Position numbers and translations under genes: made by a program. Below the pieces are notes generated by a model that had not been told where the DNA came from, did no database searches, and saw only the letters and a list, made by a program, of their open reading frames with translations. Of a DNA stretch of 64,000 nucleotides, positions 52,906 to 64,000 are shown piece by piece (the stretch's first letter is position 1; each line of letters opens with the position of its first letter). The stretch spans positions 6,138,001-6,202,000 of the forward strand of contig CM022669.1 of the NCBI GenBank assembly GCA_012295275.1, in the 5' to 3' direction. The DNA comes from Chrysomallon squamiferum (Eukaryota > Animalia > Mollusca).

Positions 52906-55553
52906 ATGATAACTGTAGATGAAGATGAAGAAGAAGAAGATCCAGAGTCTGGTTTGGACACATCACAGCTGCTTGATCGTGCAAAGAAGAACTTGGAGCA
53001 CCTTGACCTTGTTGAGGCAGAAAGACTCTACCTAAAAACTTACAAACAATTACTAGAAAAACCTGAAGCCAATGACCATACACTAATTGACATTCACTTT
53101 GGTTTGGCAGAAGTATGCACAAGAAAAAGCCGCACAAGCCGCCATAGTCCTCTAGAATGGCTGTGGCTGTGTATCCATGCCACAACTCTGCTTCAGGAGG
53201 CTGTGGAAATGTGTGCCACAGAGATGGTTAACGAGAAGGACAACAAGATACGTGAATTTTACAAAGGACAGAAGGTGTGGGCAGAAAACCGTTGCCATGG
53301 GTTACGTGATGTCATTGCACGAACCATTCACACATGGTTAAAGCAGAACTGGGAGGTTGTTGACCCCAACAGTGCTCAGAATCAAGGTCAGAGCCCATCC
53401 ACACCATACAGGTTTTCTGTTTCCAATCTGCTGGGGATGGGATCCAGACAGTATCAGTCGCAGTACATTGCCCAGGGATTCAGTCTTGAGAGTCTGCATG
53501 ATGTTCCCATGTCAGAGTTAGTAAACCCTGGAAATGCTAACTGGTTTAAAAGAATCCTTTTCTACTGTCACAAAAGACTGAGCAGTAATAATGTTAAAGA
53601 AATAATGGAAGAGACTCTGAATCATAAAGTAACAGACTCAGACATTGGTTCTTCAGATCCTAGAATGGAAAGTTTAGAGTCTCTGGAGAATAGTGATGCT
53701 GGAAATAATTCTGATATAGATGTAGATGAATTGTCCAGTATAGACAGCCCTGTGAAAGAATATTCATTAGCTTTTGAGTTGGCAGCAGGAGATATAGATG
53801 TTAGTGGTTGGTCATTCTTTCTTGATGACAGGAAATCATTTGAAGTACAGGGGATAACTGAGCTTGTGACACAACAACCAGAACTACCAATCTGTGCAGC
53901 AGACTCAGCTTCAGAACCTGCTGGTGATGTAGAGGAGAATAAAGTTCTCACAACACCACTGCAAGAACGTCCTATCAAACTCACTATAGCCAAAGTGTTT
54001 CATAAAGTAGTATCGAAGCTTTTAGATGAAAATGAGTTTCAGAAAGCAGAACTTCTTACTGAGGAGGTGTTAGAAATAGTGGAGAATATCCAAGATGACA
54101 CTGTTCGAATGTTACGCTTCAGTGCACAGTTAATGCAGAACATAGGGCTACTTTGTCTGCGGCAGGGAGATATGTCAAAAGGCATGGTCCATCTGGAGAA
54201 AGCATTGGGCATTTTCCGTGACCTGCAGGACCATGAAGCTCATCGAGAGGTGTCATTGGTGTTGATTGATATTGGTAATGCATATGTGTATAATGTGCTT
54301 AGTGAAGATGCACTGTTCAATGAAATCATCAATGCTGTGAGAGAGTTTTTTGAGAGAGAAGCTTCTGATGATGCAGAGAGTGGAGAATCTAGTCCAGAAA
54401 ACATGAAATCCCAGGAACTGCCAACTCCACAGAAGGATGTGTCAGTAATCAATGAAGCAATTCGGTGCTACCAAGAAGCATTGATGGTTCTTGAAAACAA
54501 TGATGAGTCTCAGACACACATTGTTGCCAAGGCTTTAATGAAACTAGGTGACTGTCATTTTGTTTTGAAAGAATACCCAGAAGCTTTAGATTGTTATGAA
54601 AGAGCTATGGGCTATTTCCGTGCATCCATGGTCCATGGGAAAGAATCGCTGTCACATAATGCCCATGTATTGTGTATGCTTGGTGTTTCCACATTCATGC
54701 TTCATGTATATCCACGTTCTGCGCATGTCTTTGAACTTGCCCTCATGATGGTTCGTCAAATGCAGAGGTCTCATGGAGTCACTCATAATTCTTTCCTAAG
54801 AGCACTGCTGCACTCCTTGTTAGGCATCAGCTACTACAAGATGAAGACCTACCACAAGTGTGTGTCCATGTGTTATCAGGCATTTGAGATCTTCTGGAAC
54901 ATGTATGAGGAATCCATGCCTGACTTGGCAAAGGAAAAATTCTGGCTTATCTGTCAGAACTTGTACATTCTGGGAAACTCTTACAATGTTCTTAATCTTC
55001 AACACAAAGCTATCAAATACCTCAATGTTGGACGTGAACTGATGAAGATATCCAAGGTGAGAGAAAAACGACAATTTATGAGGATTCTGCAGATTCTGGG
55101 TGACTGTTATTTTGCTCAGTATGATTACAAGACAGCTCTGGTATACTACAACGAAGCTCTAGACTTTGGAGATCATGCAGCAGATGCCTTGGCTCATGCC
55201 ATTGAGCAACAGACAATTTCAGATATTGAGGCCAACCTTGCTCTGAACCAGGCATCAGAAGACATGGCCCTTCACAATCAACTCCTGAGTCGTTCTGCTG
55301 ATGCTCACATCAGTATGAAGCAGTACCAGAATGCAGTGCACTATCTGGAACAGGCCAGAGACATCCAGGATGTTCTGGAAGATGACATCAAAGGGGACCT
55401 TGTCAGTACACTTTACACCCTTGGTAAGATTTTTGTTGTACAAATGTAAATGATGATTATTTAATTCCAAAGATGTTTTTAGGAGTAAACTTGAATTTTA
55501 TTTGGGATCTGTTTAAAGTTTTTCTTTTTCATTTTCTTCTTCTTCTTTTTTTC

Positions 55554-55584
<31 letters not shown>

Positions 55585-57480
55585 GCAGAAATATCCTAAG
55601 AAATAAGTGTTTTCACAAAGCAGTATCAAAGCTACAGAAAAATAGGGTTCTTTAGTATTAAATTCATATATTAATAATAATAATAATAATAATAATAACA
55701 ACAACTAAAAGTCTGTAGATACTCTGAGATTTTAAGTTAGTTACTTGATTCAGCAAAAATATTTAGATACACTAATCAATATTAATTTAATTACATAGCT
55801 TGAAAAGAAAAATTGAGAAAAGCCAGAACAGAACTAGATAAAAAATAGTTACACTATAAACAAATGTGTGGCTAATTTATATTACTATTTTACCACTTAT
55901 GTATTCAGGTCAGATGCACTCAATGGCTGGTGATGTTGACAAAGCTATTGACTCATACAAGGAGAGTCTGGAGGTGTACAGAGAACTTCATGATGGAGGA
56001 CTTGGACCTGAAATGTGTACATCGCTAGGTAACCTAGCAACCATGTGTTATGTAAAGGCATGTATCTGTGAATCTTTTGAACAGGAGCTTGAGATGATTT
56101 TAGCTGCAGAACAATATTTTCAGGTAATGTTTGTATTTTATTTATTTCTGTTATATAATCTTTTTATTTATTTTTTATTTACTTTTAAAATCTATGAATT
56201 TGTTTTGGAATGGATAAACATGTTTTACTTGATTGTTGACTGCATGCACTTACATAGACATGTACATTTCACATATATACATTCACACAAACAAATATGT
56301 ATAATTTTCATTATCAGAATGATTTCTGTTTCATAATGAAAAATGAAAAACTGGTTTTTACAATCTTAATTAATATCTTAAATAATAAATTAATATCTGT
56401 GACTTAATAAATTTTCAGGATGCAATAGCAATAGAGCTACAGCAGAGTGTTTGTGTTAAGTATGCTAACTTCCTGTACAGTCAGGGTAACTATGATGATG
56501 CCATTATGTATTTGGAAGATTCTTTAAGGCACAATGTGGAACCCGAAGACATTGTATTTGGTGGACTTGAAAAGGTATACTATTTTATTAGGTTTTTTTT
56601 GTCTTAAGCAGTAGAGTGACTGGATAAAAAAAATTGTAAAGTGTTTTCTTGTGTTATCAGCATTATTTTGTTTTTATAACTTTTTAAATTTAATTAGTAA
56701 ATATTTAAATATTTAAATACTGATTAGACTGGAAATGAAGATGTACTTCATTGATTATTTTTATTACTGTAGTTTATCTAGTAAGGATAAATCGATACGT
56801 GTGGAAGTTAGAGTTATTGCTTGGAAATACCCACCTCAAATCATAATTGCAGAAATTTTTTATTTTTAACTAGAATTTTTTTATTATTTTTTTTTAATAT
56901 TATTTAGTATGTTTATTTATTTATTTATTTATTTTTGTATTTGTTGTTTTTTCGGTTTTTGTTTTTTAAGAAAAAGAACATCCTGTCAATGAAACCTAAT
57001 ATAAAACAAAATTCAGAAACAGTTAAGTGATACATAATTAATTTGCAGGTGACTCTGCCAGACCCGCTGCAGGATGAGGTCGATGCTCAAGAAGAAGTGA
57101 TAATGCCATCAACAAGCCTGGCACGTTTCATCCTCATTCTCTCACACAAGATGATGCACAGGATGGATTATGCTGATAACGCTCTCCTCGACTTGATGGA
57201 GGAGGTGTACGACTCAGACATTCCTTTCCTGTGGTCAGTCCTTGGCTACGCCATGATGGAGATGCAGCTGTTTGAAGAAGCTGCCACCATGTTCGCCACA
57301 GCTCACCTCATGGACCCCTACTACAACCTGGCACTGGACAACTACTGCATGTGTCTGTTCATCATCGCTTTAAAGACATTGCAGAAAGCGTTTGCAGGAT
57401 TTTTCATTTATTACAATATCTGGTATGAAGATTCAGAAATTCCATCATTTGCAAGGTCCACAGAAATGCAGTTGTTTTAG
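52906..57480 (+). CDS. Large tetratricopeptide-repeat (TPR) protein, about 1106 aa
   Basis: Exons 52906-55423, 55909-56123, 56419-56574 and 57049-57480 total 3321 nt with consistent phases. Many TPR motifs, e.g. ALMKLGDCHFVLKEYPEALDCYERAM, ILQILGDCYFAQYDYKTALVYYNEAL, TLYTLGQMHSMAGDVDKAIDSYKESL. An upstream exon at 51433-51563 is open in the same frame, so the N-terminus may be longer. Confidence 0.9.
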
Positions 57481-60400
57481 TTCTAATTGGATATAATGTA
57501 CAAGGAACACTGAGGCATTGTTGTGTGTATACTTCAGCAATGAACATCCAAGTATCTGCAAGGAGGTGAGAAAACAAATAATGTGGGATTGTTAATGTAC
57601 ATGCCACAAATATAAAACATTTGTTAAATTTGAAGAATTACATTGTTAGCACTGAAAAACAGTTACATGAATTTTTATGGAACTGCATTGTGTTGATAAA
57701 ATGTCAAGCGTTTTTAAATCTACATTAGTTAATACTTGTGCCACAAAGTTTAGAACTTCAGAATGTTTGGTGAACTTTCCAAATATCAAATAAGTTTTAA
57801 AAATTTCTTAGCATTCAATTGTTTAACAAATATGCCACCAAATTTAGAAAATTCAAATTTTCATATCTGTTTTGTTATGTTAAAGTGTACACCACAGAGT
57901 TTTATAATATTTCAACATATGAATATATTAATATAATTAAGAGAAAAAACAAAAATAAGAAGAATTTCTAAATCTTAATTAATTATGATTATTATTATTA
58001 TTATTATTATTATTATCTTTTATTTTATACAAAAAAGTGCATAATATGAAGAAGGGGAAGAACATTCCACATATATATTTACCTTTAAATAACTGATAAA
58101 CAGAACATTCCAGTTATATTAAATGATATGGTTTAGCTAAAATATTGTATACTTGATGTGACAGACATTTATATATGTATAGCACATACATACATACAAT
58201 ACAAACACACAGTACAATCATATACATACAAAAAAACATGACATTCCATGTATGTAAAATATTACTTATATTCATATTCTGTTCAAATGAAGCATAATGT
58301 ATACATTTTTTTATTTTTATATTTTTATAATGTTTTCATATTTTAAATATGCTCTAAAACTAATATTGAAATGACCATATTAATCAAAAGTGTTGTGTAA
58401 TGACACTGGTCTTTTAAGACATTTTGAAAAACAGTAAGTCTTATGATGATCTGAAAATAAGAGAATTAAAACACATTTGTTTTTTTTTGTTTTTTTTAAT
58501 TCATTTAAAAAACATGTTACAAGGTACATTACATATTTAACAAATCTTTTAACAAATAGATTTAACAGTGTAATGTCATTTATCTATTACTCTTACTTAT
58601 TAATAACTGCTGAAGATACAAAAGTAAATTTTTGAGATCTACTTCTGATTAACAGAAAGCTAGTTATCTAAATGTTCAGTAAACATAGTACTTTTTAATT
58701 GAAAGTATATATATATTTTTTATTTATGTATATTAATAGTGCCATGGAAGTGTTGTGCCATGTAAAATACAACTGCTCACTGAGTTGTGACAGAGCTCAT
58801 TAAAACTGAGTTGTCAACTTGTTTTCATTTTAATACCTTAGCAATGAGATTTAAAATGAAACAAAAATGATGAAATGAATTGAAAATCTGAGTGAGACTG
58901 CTAGTTTTATATATTTTGAATCATTAGAAGTCCAGTAAGATTTGAAAAAGTCCAGTGATTATATCAGATGTTATATCAGTATGTTTAATTACTCTTTGAA
59001 CGCATAGTAAATGTTAATTTTGAAAGTGAATTTCAGCACATTTCAAAAATATCTGACATTCAGTATCTTCTTACAGTATCTTATTATATTAGATAAAGAT
59101 TAATGTCCTGGCTCAAAGTGAGCAATATTAAATGGGAAAAAAGGCCAGTGAATACAGCACGTATTAATTCTAAACTAAATCTAATAACTGAGGTGTGTAG
59201 AAACTGATTATAATTGTTATTCTGGAACAAGTTGACAGCAGCAATATGTTATTTGTTAAATTTTCTTTTTTAGTGTTGTTAACGATGGTTGTGACAAAAA
59301 AACTGCTTTCATATTTATCCTGGTTTAATTTTAAATGCCTTTTACTTTTTTTTAACTTTTTTTGGAAATGAATGAAAATTTGGGGTTTATTTTTTAAACT
59401 TGTGCTTCCATTATTGATTTTAATTACTTCCATTGTAAATATATGTACAATTACATTTTATTATTATCTTTTAATATTAATTTAAAACATAACTGACAAG
59501 TTTTGTATTGCTTTGCAAACTATTACTATCAGATGTTATAACTTTTACTAAGATTTTGGGATTTTTCTTTTTTAAATATTTTCTTATGGTTTATAATATA
59601 GCATATTTATAATAATAATAATATATCAAAGAAAATCTTGTCAAATAAGTGATAAAAACTAATTTTGTGAAGCATTTATTAAACGAAAACATGTAATTAG
59701 AAAATAGTTGGTCACAAAACGAACAAACCAAAGAAAGTATTGCTACCGAACTTAATCGGCACAAAGATTATGTAGTAACATATGTGATATAGCATACACA
59801 GTAAGTGAAATAGTAATACGACAGTCAGTAGAAGAAATACAACAGTCAGTAGAAGAAATACAACAATTAATTATTAATGCCACAGACATAGAAATGTAAC
59901 TCTCTGTCATTTATTAACACATCAAAAGGTGTAAAATACTTATTTGTTAGCTGCATTGGTTATATGTCTGGATACTTGACAGTTAAAAATCCATCCTGCC
60001 CTCTCCCCACCAAAAAAGGGATGAGCTAATAAGATTTAAAATATTTAGAAATAATACAGTTCTTCTTTAGATGCTTCAGCCTCATTTAATTAATCACAAA
60101 TAATTAATTTTCAACAAATTGAACTATGTTTATCTTTCAAAAACCATCACCAATGATAGAAATATTTTTGTGCTGTTGAATTTTCAGATGTGTGTGCATT
60201 CTGAGTCCATCCTTTTCTAAATAGATAAGTACACCAGTGTAGGCAAAAATTCTGTATTTTATATTTTTATATGATAATCCACATCAGAAAATGTTATTTC
60301 CACTAACTTTAATATAAATGCATTCACAAATACGTGTATTTATGTGTGATATGTTGTGTAGATGTCAGCTTTTTAACTGTATAACATGACATTTATTGAA

Positions 60401-61285
60401 AAAGACATGCATTGCTTTATACAAATTCGACAAATAATGATCATAAAACTTGCTAGGTTAGAAAAACCATAAAGGCAGCTAATAATATACACATATTAAT
60501 GTGCTGGTTAATAACAGATTAGGTATAAACATTTCTTTTGTCATGACTCTACTGTATTTTATACAAGTTTTTTTTCTTTTTTAACAGCTGTATATTAAAA
60601 ACTTTCAGTCATCAGTTTTAGTAACTTCTTTCATCATGTTTGTACAGAAATACTGTACTTGATACTGAAAGCAAAAGATTCATTATTGTAAATAATATTT
60701 TTTTATCTTAAAAGTACAAAATCACAGAATTATTAGCAGAGTATATTTAAAACCACCAAAGTTTGGTTTAAATAACTATAAAGGCTGTACAAAAATAAAG
60801 AACTTTGTATCAAGAGTAGTAGATTCAAATCAACCAATCATTATGATAAATAATTTCTTTTGTTATGGCGGTTAAATTATTAACAGCAGTATATTCAAAT
60901 CCACCACTTGCTAAATCAAACTAATGATCTTTTTATCTACAAGATACAAAAATTCAAGCTGATAGGCTGTACAAGTTGTTAACATACTAATAACATTAAG
61001 TTTGAATTTGAATCTGACACAAAGCTACTTTGTAGGTGAACGATTCGGTTTTCACCAGCAATGAAATTATGATGCACAGGATGAAAAACCAGTTTGAATC
61101 AACAACAAAGAAACTAAATTTAGAAGGAGAATATTTTGAGCACCTTCTTTAAAAAAAAAATATGAAATGAGCTACTGATAATCATCACTACAGAAATGCA
61201 AGCTTATAATACGACAACCATTAAAAAAAGTTATTACATCCATTTTGAAAACCTGTGATTGTTGTCGCTCACATTAACCAATATG

Positions 61286-61319
<34 letters not shown>

Positions 61320-62073
61320 TTTACTAAAGTTAAAAAAGACCCAGAATATTCTTTTGGACATGATATATAAAGTAAACAACTGGACCACAACTTGTGATAT
61401 CTATACAAGAAAAATAGATCTTGATAGCTGTAATAACTATTGACAGTTAAATAACATTTTATCATCAGATATTTGATGCTGCTTTTCTAGTGTAAATTTA
61501 AACTTGATTGCTTGTTAACTGTTGTGTTATAGCTGTTTAAATTGTTTCTTCTTTTTAAAAAAAAAAAAAAAAAAACCCAATAAAATTATAAGGTTGATCC
61601 TTTTTTGAGCAGTACTTTAAAAAAAAAAAATTACTGTTTTATATTTTTATATTATAATATATTGTAACAAATGGAATTAATTTAAAAATACAAGTAATAT
61701 TCGGGTCAGGTGTATTTATATGACTAGCTTAATTGTTAGTTGATGTGATTCCTTTTCATAAAATTTGAAAAAAAACATCTTATACATTTTTTTATATTTA
61801 TTTAATCATTTCCTTGAACTAAATTATGCCAGTATAATTTTCATTTATTTACTTAGTTATCATTTATTTATTTTTTTATTATAATTTTTTTTAAATTTGA
61901 ACATTGTGGTCACCATATTCAAATGAACAGCAATTTCTTTTTAAAACTTGAATTATTTACAGCAAGAATGCAAACAACTTGCACTTTTTTGACAGCAGTT
62001 TCAGCATATTTACATCAATGTTATTTTTATTTGTATAAAATGTATTGTAGCTCATGCTTTTGTACATTTTAAT

Positions 62074-62109
<36 letters not shown>

Positions 62110-63701
62110 GTATATTTTGATCTTACGTAGATATTTCATTTACATATACATATATTTACTTTACATATATTCATATTTTAAATATTTACTAGAGTAGCTA
62201 AATCTTCAAAGACTGGTCTTTCTTCCTGTAGTATGTTTTATTTTGTAATGTATTGGTGTATTATTACATGGACAGTATCATTCTCAATACATAATGCTGA
62301 ATATTTGTATTCTGTGTAGAATGGCATTTTGGCTTAAAGTGATGTGGCGAAATATTTCTTTTACAAAGCAGATTTATGTGTATAATTACTGTGATAATCA
62401 AAATACTGTTTTGTATGTTACTGCCATCCACTGGAAAGTGGTTTCTAGATTTTCATAATGGTTGTGAAATTTTTTGTTTTAATTAACTGATAGTTTAGAT
62501 CTGATAAAAATTTTATGGAAATTTTTATTCATAAATGCAAGCTTAAATCTCAGATATCAATGTATATATATATGAAATTCGGGAATTATTATTATTATTA
62601 TTAATATTAATATTATTATTATTATTACTACTACTACTACTACTAAATATAAATTTATTTAATTACTTTTTTTTTTTTATTGATGTTTTTTGCTTATTAT
62701 TATTTTTATTCTTTAATCTTCTCTTTTATTCTTATTAGTTATTTTTTATTTTTTTTGCATCATGATTTTGGATGAACATTGGTGTAAGTTTTCCAAGAAA
62801 TCATGTTATTATTTATATTATTGCCATATTTTCTAAAATTCATGACAGCTTCTTTTTATTTTTTTTTTAACCAACTTTTTTTTGGGACCAACTCATCAGT
62901 ATATTTTTCTGCATTATGCAGATGTCTATAAATAAATGATTAATTGTACCTAATGCTTGCTGAGCTTTTGTCTTTCAAAATAGTGTTGTTATTATAATAT
63001 ATAATCTAAATCTATTTTGGTTTTCAACCCATCAAGCTTGATTAAATATATATTTAAAAATAATAAATAAATAACAAATGTTTATTAGTAATAGAGAAAT
63101 AATGTCATCATTATCAAAAAATCAGCTGTTGTCAATATTTTCAATCAAAATATATCATACTCTCTTTAGTAATTAAATTAAAAAATAAGCTTAAGAATAG
63201 CCAACACAATCAAATTTCATTTCATCAGTATATTAAATATGTTTAAACAGTTTACATACAAAAAAAAAAACTAACCTTTTTTAATCAAATACATTTTGTC
63301 ATTAATTTACCATCTTATTTATTAAGATTTTATATAATAAATTTTTTTTTTTTTTTTTTAAAATTTATTCTAACTTTTTCTACTTGTTTTTTTTCTAAGT
63401 TTATTGCATACTTTACATTTGTACACTTATTTACTGTCTATTCAAAATACTCACCCCCTCCATGCTTGATTATATGTAAGTAATAAATATTACTATTCTG
63501 TTGCATTATTTAGAACATGAATAAATTCCAATATTTGCTTCAAAAAATTAAAAAAAAACCATATAGCTGGCAAGTATTTTGTAATTTCCTTCAATAAACA
63601 ATTAAAGTACCTTCATTTTTTGTTGTTTTTTTAATCATCTTGGGTTTGGATTATTTCTGAATTTTTGTTTGTTGTTTTCTTTATATATCTATCTTTGCCT
63701 A

Positions 63702-63749
<48 letters not shown>

Positions 63750-64000
63750 TGTGTGTGCAAGTTGTAGGTAAGCAGTATAAATAATAAATTAATTTTATTA
63801 CTATGATTATAGATGTGTTTTGTTTCTAGAGATTTTCTTGCATGCCAGACTTTGTATTAACGCTCCTATGAAGTCTTGGATATGTTACCTGCTGTGAATA
63901 TTTTGTATCACTATTACACACTTGTACAAAAGTCATGATTCAACAGGCTTCAAAATAACATTTCAATTTTTATATCAAAATCGTTCATACATTGAATTCA

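Noticed and set aside
53622-55470. Antisense and alternate-frame ORFs inside the TPR exon
   Set aside because: They are shadows of the long coding exon and have no recognisable motifs.
59820-59865. 21-bp tandem duplication (similar short ones at 29022-29065, 25670-25730, 47505-47620)
   Set aside because: Ordinary short local duplications with no further structure.

Overview
AT-rich, microsatellite-rich animal genomic DNA with canonical GT-AG introns. It is most likely a mollusc (gastropod), judged from the gene set and degenerate SINE fragments; this is an inference. Five genes were assembled by reading splice sites and frames by hand: (1) the last five coding exons of a GnRH/AKH-type GPCR (+, 4059-10656); (2) a complete 14-exon mitochondrial aldehyde dehydrogenase, ALDH2-like (-, 30042-17006, 518 aa); (3) a 4-exon acidic/basic low-complexity protein (+, 35155-37562, 305 aa); (4) an uncharacterised gene whose upstream exons contain stops (-, about 42.2-38.4 kb); (5) a TPR protein of about 1106 aa with a 2.5-kb exon (+, 52906-57480). 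A clean Tigger/pogo-type MITE lies at 33429-34151. The most unusual signal is a set of intronic minisatellites that are in register with, and appear copied from, the adjacent splice junction, with the AG or GT lost in the copies (GPCR 3730-4076, ALDH 20746-20997, probably GPCR 9980-10410). CpG content also switches sharply between domains. No CRISPR, rRNA or tRNA was seen.
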